NCBI GenBank assembly: GCA_036703885.1
Contig: DATNQT010000016.1
Span: 1-39,307 of the forward strand
DNA: 39,307 nucleotides
Source: Candidatus Sericytochromatia bacterium
Lineage (GTDB): Bacteria > Cyanobacteriota > Cyanobacteriia > Cyanobacteriales > Coleofasciculaceae
Direction of reading: 5' to 3'
Position numbers and translations under genes: made by a program. The notes beneath the pieces were generated by a model that saw nothing but the letters and a program-made list of their open reading frames with translations, was not told the origin of the DNA and did no database searches. Position 1 is the first letter of the stretch. Every line of letters begins with the position of its first letter. Positions 27,566 through 39,307 of the stretch are shown one piece after another.

Positions 27566-28180
27566 TCAGACTGGCAGTTCCGTGGCGAAATCCTGGCGTT
27601 TTTTGAAGCGAAAGGGACCCAGTAAAGCTCCCCACATGGCTTTTCCAGTGGTGGGGTCGATCCCTTTGTCGTAGCTGCGGAATTCCTCGGCTGTTGCTTC
27701 AAAGCCCAATGAAACTTGGTAGCTGTTGCCTTGATAACTAAAGCTACAAGGCTCTCCTGTTGCTGATGAAGCAGAAAACTCGTAGGAATCAGGAGCAACT
27801 TGGTGATGTTTAATCGTGAGACTACAGCCCGGTAAAAACTCGATTTGTTCTGAAGTCAGTTGCTTCAATAATTCGGGATTACGACCAGCACCTCGGATAG
27901 CTTCTGTATCTTTTAGCATATAGTATTGCACTTGTAAAGAGCTTGGGTTGGCATCACTCTCATACAAGCGCAGGATTCGCGGACGGTAGGGTTTATCGAG
28001 ATTGACGATATTGGCTTGTTCGGCAAATAGAGTCAAGCTGTCTTCGGTGAATAAGGCAACGGGTCGCTGCCATAGACGGAGGTGAACGTACCACAATGGG
28101 TCTGCGATCGCCTGTTTTTGATTATCGAATTCACCCGCCATGTAGCGGGCAAGGGTAATTAGCTCAGGAGAAAGAGTCAT
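27566..28180 (-). CDS. cpcT: CpcT/CpeT-family phycobiliprotein bilin lyase
   Basis: Motifs LARYMAGEFDNQKQAIADP, YVHLRLW, YRPRILRL and QVQYYMLKD. The beta-barrel C-terminal half is typical of T-type lyases. Confidence 0.8.
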   Translation of the reverse strand: MTLSPELITLARYMAGEFDNQKQAIADPLWYVHLRLWQRPVALFTEDSLTLFAEQANIVNLDKPYRPRILRLYESDANPSSLQVQYYMLKDTEAIRGAGRNPELLKQLTSEQIEFLPGCSLTIKHHQVAPDSYEFSASSATGEPCSFSYQGNSYQVSLGFEATAEEFRSYDKGIDPTTGKAMWGALLGPFRFKKRQDFATELPV

Positions 28181-28324
28181 AGATGTTGAGGTTAAAAATT
28201 AAAAGTATTTTTAAAGTTTGCGATCCCGAATTGTAGAGCATCAAGACGAACTAGGATATCTTGCCTTGGCAAACGGCTCCTTAAACGAGACAATAGTCTT
28301 ACGTCCCCCTTAAAATCTGCTTTA

Positions 28325-29059
28325 GTGAATAACGTTCGCACAGTCTCGGATACGAAACGAGATTTTTACAACCATCACACCCGTCCCGTTAACTCGATCT
28401 ATCGGCGGGTGGTAGAAGAGTTGATGGTAGAAATGCATTTGCTATCGGTTAATGTTGATTTTCACTACGATCCCATTTACGCGCTGGGTGTCGTAACGTC
28501 TTTCTACCGATTCATGCAAGGCTATCGACCGGAACGAGATAAAGAATCGATTTTTGATGCCCTCTGTCAAGCAGTGGGGAACGAACCGGAACAGTACAAG
28601 CAAGATGCCCAACGGCTCAAGACACTGACAGAGCGTTTGTCAGGCAAAGAATTAGTTTCCTGGTTTAGTTCGCCAACTCCTTTGGATGCTGTTGGAGATT
28701 TACATACAACTATTGCCCAACTTTCGGATAATCCCAAATTTAAGTACAGTCGCTTGTTTGCGATCGGTTTGTATACCCTACTAGAACAGGCAGATCCGGA
28801 GTTAGTTAAGGACGAAAAGCAGCGGAATGAGGCTCTTAAGGAAATCGCTAGTGCCTTGCACCTGCCTGAAGAGAAGTTGCAAAAAGACCTGGAATTGTAC
28901 CGCAGTAACCTAGAAAAAATGGCTCAGGTTCAGAGTGTGATGGAAGATGCCATCAAAGCTGAACGCAAAAAACGGGAACAGCGTGCCCAGGAAAAAGATC
29001 GAGCAACATCTCCAAGTGATGTGCCTAAAGACGAAGCCCCCTCTTCCGAGGCATCTTAA
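28325..29059 (+). CDS. thf1: thylakoid formation protein Thf1/Psb29
   Basis: MNNVRTVSDTKRDFYNHHTRPVNSIYRRVVEELMVEMHLLSVN matches the cyanobacterial Thf1 N-terminus. GTG start. Charged C-terminal tail. Confidence 0.9.
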   Translation: MNNVRTVSDTKRDFYNHHTRPVNSIYRRVVEELMVEMHLLSVNVDFHYDPIYALGVVTSFYRFMQGYRPERDKESIFDALCQAVGNEPEQYKQDAQRLKTLTERLSGKELVSWFSSPTPLDAVGDLHTTIAQLSDNPKFKYSRLFAIGLYTLLEQADPELVKDEKQRNEALKEIASALHLPEEKLQKDLELYRSNLEKMAQVQSVMEDAIKAERKKREQRAQEKDRATSPSDVPKDEAPSSEAS

Positions 29060-29094
29060 GCTCAATTTTCCCTAACTTTTCCTCAAGCCAACGG

Positions 29095-29412
29095 CTAAAC
29101 CAATGATTGCAATCGTTGGATGAGCTGTTCGGCTTGCACAACCCCTTCGATTCGCTCTAGGGGTTGACCATTTTTAAACAGTACTAAGGTTGGCAAGGCG
29201 TGAATTTGATACTGAGATGCCAATTGAGGATATTTATCAGTGTCAATTTTTACGACTTGTAAGCGACCCTTCAACTGAGCATTTACCTTCTCCAAGATTG
29301 GAACCATCATCTGACAGGGACCGCACCAAGTTGCGTAAAAATCTACCAACACGGGCAAATCTGAGCCAGAGAGTAGGTCTTGGAAGCTTGTGAATTGTTT
29401 TTTGACTGCCAT
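29095..29412 (-). CDS. thioredoxin
   Basis: 105 aa. Motifs VLVDFYATWCGPCQMM, VKIDTD and ALPTLVLFKNG. Confidence 0.9.
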   Translation of the reverse strand: MAVKKQFTSFQDLLSGSDLPVLVDFYATWCGPCQMMVPILEKVNAQLKGRLQVVKIDTDKYPQLASQYQIHALPTLVLFKNGQPLERIEGVVQAEQLIQRLQSLV

Positions 29413-29517
29413 AAAAAAACGGCTCTTGTTAGTCTTTCTGCTCGATTCTAGTGCAAAATTCTTGGAGCCGACTTATACCATCTGGTTAAATGTTTGACAC
29501 TTATCGGTGAGGATAGG

Positions 29518-29543
29518 TCTTAGGTTTTAGGTTTTAGGGATAA
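29518..29543. repeat. heptamer array (TTAGGTT/TTAGGGA)
   Basis: tcttaggttttaggttttagggataa, in the trx / fabG divergent spacer. Confidence 0.65.
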
Positions 29544-29635
29544 GAGGATTCAACTAATACCTAACACCTAGCTCTTTTAGAGCTGCTTGGATAACACGAT
29601 TTGTGTCTTGTTTAAAGTCGATCGGTATTAGGTAG

Positions 29636-30421
<786 letters not shown>

Positions 30422-30480
30422 GAGATACGTAGCCTTGACTGTCCTGTAGCTACTTCTGGTGAACATAACCATTTTTTCGA

Positions 30481-32218
<1,738 letters not shown>

Positions 32219-32245
32219 TCCACCGCCTTGTAGGTAGAAATTTTT

Positions 32246-32283
32246 AAAGCAGCTTGTCTTTCTAAGGACAGGCTGCTTTTTAT
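32246..32283 (+). terminator. rho-independent terminator of groEL2
   Basis: AAAGCAGCTTGTC, an 8-nt loop, then GACAGGCTGCTTT (13 bp, one G-T pair), followed by a T-rich tail. Confidence 0.8.
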
Positions 32284-32332
32284 AATTTTTGCAGCAATAC
32301 TGGAAAGTAAAATTCCAGGCAATGATTTAACT

Positions 32333-33502
32333 ATGCTCGTATTTTTTATTCATGGTGTTGCCACGCGCGATGCTCAATATGCAGAGCAACTAAGAGTATT
32401 CATCCGTCAAGAATTTCAGCAAAGGGACAAATCTTTTCCTCACTTCCACGCTAGCTTTTGGGGAAATATTTTACGTGATATAGAGAAAATGTGGAACGGT
32501 ATTGACCAAGACTTACAAGAACTAAAAAGAGAATCCCCACAAGCTAACCTTGATGATATTTTTCGTTATAGAAAATTTAGAGAAGGCTTTCTTTCCCAAT
32601 TCGCTGGGGATTTTTTAGCTTACCTCAATCCTAGACGTGGTGTAGCAATCAGGAAAATTATTGCAGAGGATTTATATAACTTTTTAAAAGATAACCCTGA
32701 AGAAACTGAAATTCATATTATTGCTCACTCTCTGGGAAGCGTTATCTTGTGGGATGTCCTATTTTCGGAAAGATTTACTGATCAAGATCCAGCCTTTTAC
32801 ATTCGGGCAATGATTGATGGCTTGAGTCAATCTAGCGCCGTGAGAAAAGTTTGCCTCAAGAGCATCACTACAATGGGTTCCCCCATCTTATTTTTAAATA
32901 CGATGTTAGATGTCCGTCCTGAAAAAATAAAGGAGTTTGCTCAAAGATATCAAGATGAGCCTTTGAGATGGATTAATATCATTCACTCATCAGATATTGT
33001 TGCCTCTCCAATTCGGGCTAGTCTAAAACTCGATTCATCTAAAAATCTATTTTTTCGAGATGAGTACATCTCAACTGATGCGAATCTTGCAGAAAAGGCT
33101 GCTCGTGCTGTTGGTCAATTGGATGCAGCTATGGCGTTAGGGATATCTGATGCTCATGGCTCATATTTACATTGCCCTAGAACAGCTAGTTTAATTGCAA
33201 ATAATATTTTTGGTGGTAACGAAACTATTTTGCAAAAGGTAATAAATCGTTTGTATAAAATTTCTGGCATGACAAAGAAGTCAACACCATTTTTTGAGAA
33301 TAGTCCTTTTGATAAAACTTTAGATACTCTAAAGTTTAAAGATGGTAGTGGTACGCTTCGCTTAGTTGTGAATCCTTTACAAATTCATCATGTTTATGTG
33401 TTTAATAGTAGTGATATTTACCAATTTGGAGGGTATGTTGGTATTATTGATACTAATGCTCTAAAAAAAGAAGTTGAATTAATTAAAAGAAGTTTTTGCT
33501 AA
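32333..33502 (+). CDS. alpha/beta-fold serine hydrolase (lipase/esterase-like) with uncharacterised C-terminal domain
   Basis: N-terminal beta-strand plus oxyanion region MLVFFIHG. Nucleophile elbow IIAHSLGS. Later TMGSPI, HSSDIVASP and SDAHGSY are candidate Asp/His positions. The last 90 or so residues are unassignable. AT-rich, no HIP1. Confidence 0.6.
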   Translation: MLVFFIHGVATRDAQYAEQLRVFIRQEFQQRDKSFPHFHASFWGNILRDIEKMWNGIDQDLQELKRESPQANLDDIFRYRKFREGFLSQFAGDFLAYLNPRRGVAIRKIIAEDLYNFLKDNPEETEIHIIAHSLGSVILWDVLFSERFTDQDPAFYIRAMIDGLSQSSAVRKVCLKSITTMGSPILFLNTMLDVRPEKIKEFAQRYQDEPLRWINIIHSSDIVASPIRASLKLDSSKNLFFRDEYISTDANLAEKAARAVGQLDAAMALGISDAHGSYLHCPRTASLIANNIFGGNETILQKVINRLYKISGMTKKSTPFFENSPFDKTLDTLKFKDGSGTLRLVVNPLQIHHVYVFNSSDIYQFGGYVGIIDTNALKKEVELIKRSFC

Positions 33503-33724
33503 TCAAAATAAAAGAAGAGAATTTACTTTTATAGGAGCTGAAAGTATAAATAATCACACTGAAGAGTTAGAGTTCGGAGTTGGAAAAGTATTCCTAATGA
33601 TAGAAGCTAACTCTTTCCACTGGTAGAAGAAGAACTAATAGTTGAGCTTTAAAGTAAAAGTCACGGAGTTACCCCTATAAAAAGTAACTAGTACCAGAGA
33701 AGGAAGCAAGGGAGAGAATAAGTT

Positions 33725-34357
33725 ATGTCATACGCAAATCGACCGGGAGGAAATTACGTTTCCGAAACCCCCATTGTTAATCAAGTCGTCGAATATCACG
33801 ATCGCGTGCGTTGGGGTCCTATTATTTCAGGTCTTGTGGTTGCATTAGCCACTCAACTCATTTTAAGTGCTCTGGGTGCTGCGATCGGCTCAACTTTCCT
33901 TTCAGGTTCCGGGGCACCTAGATCGAACGCTGGTGGCGTTGGCACTAGTGTAGGAATTTGGTCAATCATCAGTTTGTTAATTTCTCTATTCGTTGGAAGT
34001 TGGGTTGCAGCCCGTTCCTGTGGACCGATGAACCGCAATACAGCCCTTCTGAATGGTGCAGTTCTCTGGGCAACAACTTTAGCACTGAGTTCTTGGTTAT
34101 TGGCAAGTGGTGTATCGGGTGCTTTTGGTGTTGCAGCGTCCAATGCTGGGGAAGTCATCAGCCAGGTTCAACAACAGGGTGGTGTCGATGTACCTAATAC
34201 CCCTCCCAACGTAACTGCTAACCAAGCGCGTGATATTGCTGGCAATGCTGCTAAGGGATTGTGGTCATTTGTTATCGGCTCGTTACTAGGTTTAGCTGCC
34301 TCATTAGCTGGTTCCTCAGCTGGTGCCCGCAGCCCTCGCGAACACAGAGTTAGCTGA
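33725..34357 (+). CDS. Gly/Ala-rich integral membrane protein (about 4 TM), function unknown
   Basis: Four hydrophobic stretches (ISGLVVALATQLILSALGAAIG, VGIWSIISLLISLFVGSWVAA, GAVLWATTLALSSWLLASGV, LWSFVIGSLLGLAASLAG). Followed by a canonical terminator. Confidence 0.5.
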   Translation: MSYANRPGGNYVSETPIVNQVVEYHDRVRWGPIISGLVVALATQLILSALGAAIGSTFLSGSGAPRSNAGGVGTSVGIWSIISLLISLFVGSWVAARSCGPMNRNTALLNGAVLWATTLALSSWLLASGVSGAFGVAASNAGEVISQVQQQGGVDVPNTPPNVTANQARDIAGNAAKGLWSFVIGSLLGLAASLAGSSAGARSPREHRVS

Positions 34358-34396
34358 CAAAAAGATACCTCTGCTAATTTTTAGCAGCCTCCTCTT

Positions 34397-34420
34397 GCAC
34401 CTTTTCTAAGGTGCTTTTTT
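34397..34420 (+). terminator. rho-independent terminator of the membrane-protein gene
   Basis: GCACCTT-ttct-AAGGTGC followed by T6. It is preceded by a second small hairpin CTGCTAA-ttt-TTAGCAG (34371..34387). Confidence 0.8.
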
Positions 34421-34634
34421 AGTAACAATTTCGTCAGACTTTCAAGATACTGTTGGCAAATCAGGTCAGACTCCGCAGTCATTCAGTGGAAATAGCTCTT
34501 GACTGAATTGGAGCTATGAAAAGAAGTTTTCTAAGGTGCGATCGCTAAAATTAGTAGCTCATGAAAACTTCTAAGTAGGTAGACATAAATAAACGAAGGT
34601 ATGTAACCAAATGTTAAGAGATTAAAATCCTCTT

Positions 34635-34672
34635 CCCTTCTGCCTTCTGCCTTCTGCCCTCTGCCTTGCCTC
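34635..34672. repeat. heptamer tandem array (CTGCCTY)n
   Basis: The sequence reads cccttctgccttctgccttctgccctctgccttgcctc. Confidence 0.85.
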
Positions 34673-34937
34673 AACAGTAAATATTAATGCCAACCTACTT
34701 ATCGCTGCCCGCTCCCTCAACTTTCCCCTCAGCTATGAGAGCTGCTTATCTTTCCATCTGCCTCTGGGTTCCTTATGGCGATTCTCGTATCAGTGAGGTA
34801 CATCTTCTCTTTCTTGCCTATTCCCAATTCCCGAAAACCTAGAACTTTGTACCTCATCCAAGTGAGAAGCGCTATATCCCCTATGTGCTAACAGTATCCC
34901 AGAAGTCTGAGGACGATTCACTTGCATTGGGATACTC

Positions 34938-36647
34938 TCAATCACTAATTGGTATTTCAATACAGAATGTTGTTCCCTGCCCCGGCTTAGATAAGCATTG
35001 AAAAGAACCCCCATGCTTGTGTACGATTTGATGGCTAATTGAGAGTCCCAAACCCGTGCCTTGTCCTACTGGCTTCGTTGTAAAAAATGGATCGAATATT
35101 CGTTCCTTAATATCTTCAGGAAAGCCAGAACCATTATCAGCAATGCAAATTCTAACCCGATCCATTGTTGGTTGCTCTACGGTTGGGGTTACCCCATCTT
35201 TACTACTGAACATCTCAGTGTGAATGGTGATAGAAGGGGTTATCAGTTGTTCATTGTCTGTTGTTGACCACTGACTACTGTCAAGGGCATCAACAGCGTT
35301 GCTCAAGAGGTTCATAAAAACTTGGTTTAACTGTCCGGCAAAACACTGCACTGGTGGGAGGTCGCCATACTCTTTAATTAGTTCAATAGTGGGTCGCTCT
35401 GCTGTAGCTTTCAATCGATGCTGTAAGAGCAGTAGCGTACTGTCAATACCTTCATGAATATCTACAGATTTCTTCTCGGCTTGATCTAACCGAGAAAAGT
35501 TCCGCAATAAAAGAACGATTTGATGAATACGCTCAGTACCGACTTTCATAGAAGTCAGGATTTTGAGCAAATCTTCAGCGAGAAAGTCTACTTCAATCTC
35601 TTCAGCTTTCTGTTGGATAGGTGAAGCTGGATTGGGGTAATGCTGTTGGTAAAGAGATAGAAGGTCAAGTAATTCTTCAACATAACGATTGATGTGGGGG
35701 AGGTTACCGTAGATAAAGTTGACGGGATTATTGATTTCATGAGCTACACCAGCAACCAGTTGCCCCAGACTCGACATTTTTTCAGTTTGAATCAGTTGGG
35801 ATTGAGTATTCCGCAACTGGTCTAGGGTTTGGCGAAGCTGCTGATTTTTACGATGCAGCGCCTTCTCTACTCGCTGGCTCTTGGCGACCGTGCGCTCTAG
35901 CTTACTGAGATTAATTCGTAGTTCCAACTGGGAGATAACTTGGCGACCTAAAGCCCGCAAAGCTTCCAACTGTTCTTTACTTAAGTTTCGGGGAATGCGG
36001 TCAATCACGCATAAAGTGCCCAAAGCATAGCCATCAGCCGTTACTAATGGAGTTCCAGCATAAAACCGGATATGGGGGTCAGAAGTTACCAGAGGGTTGG
36101 TGGCAAATCGCTCATCTTCTAACGCATTTGGCACAACCAGCAAGTCATCCGGTTGCAGTAGGGCATGGGCACAAAACGCCAAATCCCTAGGAGTTTCTGT
36201 TGCATCTATGCCAACCTTTGACTTGAACCACTGCCGATGCTCATCAACTAAGCTGACTAAGGCAATGGGGGTGCCGCAAATATGCGCGGCTAGCGCCGTC
36301 AGATCGTCAAATCCGACTTCTGGAGACGTGTCGAGAACTTTATACCGCCGGAGTGCCTTGATGCGTTGCACCTCGTTGTCGAGGAGGGATGCTGCTTTTG
36401 CTCCTTGGAGCGGTTTGCAGCTAGGGACAGTCTGGCAAATGGGAGCTGTAGTTCGTTCAACTATGCGATCGCTAGTTGTAGGGTAGGAACGCGACCTCTG
36501 CCGCCTTGACGCACTGCCCCTCTTTTCAATAGAACCAATGCCAAAGGCGTGCATCCAACTTTGGCAAAACCTTGCTGCTTTTTTGAGAAGTTTTTTAAGG
36601 GTGTATGAAATATTACCTGAGTTTGATGTATAAGGTGGCTCTATCAT
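34938..36647 (-). CDS. GAF-domain sensor histidine kinase (intact)
   Basis: GAF ([15 protein letters not shown].., [22 protein letters not shown]), coiled coil, H-box [12 protein letters not shown]-box [12 protein letters not shown]1 DNGSGF and G2 GTGLGLSIS. Start uncertain (Met1 or Met32). Confidence 0.85.
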   Translation of the reverse strand: MIEPPYTSNSGNISYTLKKLLKKAARFCQSWMHAFGIGSIEKRGSASRRQRSRSYPTTSDRIVERTTAPICQTVPSCKPLQGAKAASLLDNEVQRIKALRRYKVLDTSPEVGFDDLTALAAHICGTPIALVSLVDEHRQWFKSKVGIDATETPRDLAFCAHALLQPDDLLVVPNALEDERFATNPLVTSDPHIRFYAGTPLVTADGYALGTLCVIDRIPRNLSKEQLEALRALGRQVISQLELRINLSKLERTVAKSQRVEKALHRKNQQLRQTLDQLRNTQSQLIQTEKMSSLGQLVAGVAHEINNPVNFIYGNLPHINRYVEELLDLLSLYQQHYPNPASPIQQKAEEIEVDFLAEDLLKILTSMKVGTERIHQIVLLLRNFSRLDQAEKKSVDIHEGIDSTLLLLQHRLKATAERPTIELIKEYGDLPPVQCFAGQLNQVFMNLLSNAVDALDSSQWSTTDNEQLITPSITIHTEMFSSKDGVTPTVEQPTMDRVRICIADNGSGFPEDIKERIFDPFFTTKPVGQGTGLGLSISHQIVHKHGGSFQCLSKPGQGTTFCIEIPISD

Positions 36648-36929
36648 ATCAATGCTGAATACTCGCTACAAGTGGCTATCGTAGGTCAATGCTTCCAGCG
36701 TTTCGTCGAACTCAAGTAATATTAGGCACTTATTAAATAATGTACTGAGTTTAAAAAAGATTGCTTTAGGTAATATTCCTGACTTTAAAACATAAATTTT
36801 AACCTAGTTATGCTATCCTAGAAGGGTTGTCTAAATTCACACATCTAGGATTTCGGGTGTTTCTGAGGCATCACACCTCCAGAAATACACCTGGATGGAG
36901 GATAAACCCGAATCAGGAGTTAAAAAATA

Positions 36930-37730
36930 ATGCCAGTCATCTCATTGGCTGAAATGCTGGAGTCAGGGGTTCACTTCGGTCACCAGACCCGTCGGTGGAA
37001 TCCCCGCATGGATCCGTATATCTACACAGCTCGTAATGGTGTCCATATCATTGACTTGGTGCAGACTGCCCAGTTGATGGAAGAAGCCTATAGCTATATG
37101 CGAACTGCCTCAGAGCAGGGCAAAAAGTTTCTCTTTGTGGGCACAAAGCGCCAAGCTGCCGGAATTATTGCCCAAGAAGCTGCCCGTTGCGGTGCTTACT
37201 ACGTTAACCAGCGCTGGTTGGGCGGAATGCTCACCAACTGGGAGACAATTCGGACTCGTGTGGAGCGCTTAAAAGACTTAGAACGTCGGGAAGAAAGCGG
37301 AGCACTGGACTTACTACCGAAAAAAGAAGCCTCGGTGCTGCGTCGCGAATTGGGTAAGCTCCAGAAGTACCTGGGTGGCATCAAGCTGATGCGGAAAGTC
37401 CCTGATGTGGTCGTAATTGTAGACCAACGCCGCGAGTACAACGCCGTTCTTGAATGCGAGAAACTATCAATTCCCATCGTCTCGATGCTGGATACCAACT
37501 GCGATCCCAATGTTGTAGACATTCCGATCCCAGCGAATGATGATGCTATCCGGTCGATTAAGCTAATAGTGGGTAAGTTGGCAGATGCCATCTATGAAGG
37601 GCGTCATGGTCAGCTCGAAGTCGAAGACGACTACGAAGATTATGACGGCGCAATGGACGACATCGGCGACGAGGACAGCGACGAAATTGACTCGTCATTT
37701 AGCGATAATGACGAGGAAACAGAGGAATAA
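36930..37730 (+). CDS. rpsB: 30S ribosomal protein S2
   Basis: Motifs [26 protein letters not shown] and FVGTKRQA. Acidic C-terminal tail. Confidence 0.95.
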   Translation: MPVISLAEMLESGVHFGHQTRRWNPRMDPYIYTARNGVHIIDLVQTAQLMEEAYSYMRTASEQGKKFLFVGTKRQAAGIIAQEAARCGAYYVNQRWLGGMLTNWETIRTRVERLKDLERREESGALDLLPKKEASVLRRELGKLQKYLGGIKLMRKVPDVVVIVDQRREYNAVLECEKLSIPIVSMLDTNCDPNVVDIPIPANDDAIRSIKLIVGKLADAIYEGRHGQLEVEDDYEDYDGAMDDIGDEDSDEIDSSFSDNDEETEE

Positions 37731-37767
37731 TTAGCGTGTAATTACGTTCAAAGAGTAGAAGGGCAAG

Positions 37768-38427
37768 ATGGCGGAAATTTCAGCACAACTCGTCAAAGAG
37801 CTACGAGACAAGACCGGCGCTGGCATGATGGATTGCAAAAAGGCTCTCAAAGAGAATGAAGGAGACTTGAGCAAAGCCACAGAATGGCTGCGCCAAAAGG
37901 GCATTACCTCTGCCGAGAAAAAGTCCGGTCGCGTGGCAGCAGAAGGAATTGTGGGCAGCTATATCCACACAGGCGGTCGAGTCGGTGTGCTGGTTGAAGT
38001 AAACTGCGAAACCGACTTTGTTGCCCGCCGCGAAGAGTTCCAAACCTTAGCGCGGAATATTGCCATGCAAGTTGCAGCGTGCCCGAACGTCGAGTACGTG
38101 AAGGTAGAGGACATCCCCGCAGACATTGCCCAAAAAGAAAAGGACATTGAAATGGGTCGGGATGACCTGTCAGGTAAACCAGACAACATTAAAGAGAAAA
38201 TCGTTCAAGGTCGGATTGAAAAACGCTTGAAGGAACTCTGTTTAATGGATCAACCCTACATCCGCGACCAAAGCATTTCGGTGGAAGAGTTGGTTAAGCA
38301 AAGTATTTCCCAACTCGGTGAAAATATCCAAGTCCGTCGCTTTACTCGCTACGTTCTGGGTGAAGGCATCGAGAAGGAAGAAACCAACTTTGCTGAGGAA
38401 GTTGCAGCACAAATGGGTGCTAAGTAA
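37768..38427 (+). CDS. tsf: translation elongation factor Ts
   Basis: Motifs [19 protein letters not shown] and [18 protein letters not shown]. Lies 37 nt after rpsB. Confidence 0.95.
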   Translation: MAEISAQLVKELRDKTGAGMMDCKKALKENEGDLSKATEWLRQKGITSAEKKSGRVAAEGIVGSYIHTGGRVGVLVEVNCETDFVARREEFQTLARNIAMQVAACPNVEYVKVEDIPADIAQKEKDIEMGRDDLSGKPDNIKEKIVQGRIEKRLKELCLMDQPYIRDQSISVEELVKQSISQLGENIQVRRFTRYVLGEGIEKEETNFAEEVAAQMGAK

Positions 38428-38488
38428 CCTGAGGTAAAAAGCAATCCACCCCCTTGCCCTACCTGAGTAAATGGGGGAGGAAAAAGAT

Positions 38489-38527
38489 AAAAGGCAAAAG
38501 TTAGAGAAAAACTTTTGCCTTTTATTT
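38489..38527 (+). terminator. rho-independent terminator of rpsB-tsf
   Basis: Perfect 13-bp stem: AAAAGGCAAAAGT (38489..38501), a 9-nt loop, then ACTTTTGCCTTTT (38511..38523), followed by ATTT. Confidence 0.75.
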
Positions 38528-38580
38528 AAGAGGAGCATAGCCTAGTGCAAGAAGGCAGCACTTCGACACGCTCAGTGACC

Positions 38581-38608
38581 AGGCAGGAGGCAGGAGGCAG
38601 AAGGAAAG
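38581..38608. repeat. heptamer tandem array, inverted orientation of the CTGCCTY family
   Basis: The sequence reads aggcaggaggcaggaggcagaaggaaag. Confidence 0.8.
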
Positions 38609-38704
38609 AAAGCTTGTAAAGTAAGCTTTTTAACCTTTTTCAACTGCATAGTTATTTCCGCCACGCTGCACTAGTATTCTCCAAGTGGGTAGTGATGAGA
38701 GAGT

Positions 38705-39307
38705 ATGGCCAGAGCAATTGAGCGAATTGAGCAGGATTTAGAAGCGTTAGATGAAGCGATCGCCCTTTTAAGGGCAGAATTTCATAGTACCTACTCCCAA
38801 TACCTAAAACTACTGGGGCAATCAGTACGACAGCAGCTGATTATGGCAAGCTATCAAGTTTGTACTCAAGGATACCCTGAGGCTTTTCTAAGTTTGTCTT
38901 TTGAGCGGCGGCAAAAGCTACAAAAAGCAATACGCCAGCTAGGAGGACAGGCTCAAGAACAGTTACTTTTACACTTAGAGGAACCTTCAAAACGCCTACC
39001 CCAGACAGAAGCTACGGACATTGAGCAGGCAGCTAGTGAAGAACCATTGCCTGAACTTGAAAACACAGCCCCTAATACAGTTGAGTCGGCAGTTAATGAA
39101 GAACCATTACCTGAACTTTTTGAAATTGCGCTCGACTCAGATGCCTTACCCGACACCTCAGAACCCGCCCCAATTGCTAATAGCTCACTCACAAAACCAG
39201 AGCAGCTGCGAGAATGGCAGGAGCGACTAGAAAAGGCGATCGCCCAAACCCTTCAGACGATCTCCTTACAAACCAATCGTCTATTACAAAGCAATAGCAT
39301 CATTCCA
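38705..39307 (+). CDS. hypothetical protein, 3' end runs off the window (not in the supplied ORF track)
   Basis: I translated it by hand. ATG 38705 follows an in-frame TGA (38696..38698), and 201 codons are open to the window end. The N-terminus is coiled-coil-like (MARAIERIEQDLEALDEAIALL). A 60-nt in-frame duplication gives SEEPLPEL / NEEPLPEL. Confidence 0.5.
   Translation, partial: MARAIERIEQDLEALDEAIALLRAEFHSTYSQYLKLLGQSVRQQLIMASYQVCTQGYPEAFLSLSFERRQKLQKAIRQLGGQAQEQLLLHLEEPSKRLPQTEATDIEQAASEEPLPELENTAPNTVESAVNEEPLPELFEIALDSDALPDTSEPAPIANSSLTKPEQLREWQERLEKAIAQTLQTISLQTNRLLQSNSIIP

Noticed and set aside
29518-29543. TTTAGGG-like units (also CCCTAAA at 24848..24919) resembling plant telomere repeats
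   Set aside because: Only 2 to 3 degenerate units inside a bacterial intergenic spacer. This is another heptamer repeat family, not telomeric sequence or contamination.
34635-34672. Heptamer arrays considered as CRISPR or other spacer-repeat structures
   Set aside because: The units are 7 bp and contiguous with no spacers, and there are no cas genes. They fit cyanobacterial STRR-type tandem repeats.
38953-39230. Listed ORFs 38953..39192 (-) and 39021..39230 (+)
   Set aside because: Both are embedded in the longer open-ended frame from 38705. That frame carries the in-frame duplication and a more protein-like composition.

Overview
Cyanobacterial chromosomal segment. The HIP1 palindrome GCGATCGC recurs about once per kb (roughly 30 copies by eye), and heptamer STRR-type tandem repeats fill many intergenic gaps, which suggests a filamentous or heterocystous-type lineage. 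I support 34 protein-coding genes, nearly all core functions. These include methionine salvage (mtnX partial, mtnB), a GH100 neutral invertase, a 5xPAS-GGDEF-EAL c-di-GMP protein, smpB, ictB and gun4. Also present are a heptose-1-P adenylyltransferase-like gene, a REC-LuxR regulator, icd, lptA-like/lptB, ftrC-DUF309, DUF58, typA, hemF and a STAS protein. The remaining core genes are cpcT, thf1, thioredoxin, fabG, a CIRCE-controlled groEL2, and rpsB-tsf. I recognised no rRNA, tRNA, CRISPR array, transposase or integrase. I do not see a convincing multi-gene novel system. The most unusual loci are listed here. (1) An AT-rich, HIP1-free single-gene island behind groEL2 encodes a serine hydrolase with an unrecognised C-terminal domain (32284-33724). 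(2) A leaderless GH76 alpha-1,6-mannanase-like enzyme with a CBM sits next to a MITE (21003-22621). (3) A GAF 'histidine kinase' just upstream of ictB has its phospho-acceptor His replaced by Gln and degenerate ATP-binding boxes. (4) ictB carries a repeat-built in-frame insertion of about 39 codons. (5) There is an 800-bp ORF-free gap upstream of icd. (6) Three GTAATAC boxes are phased exactly 20 bp apart upstream of the c-di-GMP gene. Stop codons are firm. Several start codons are my judgement and are flagged as such.
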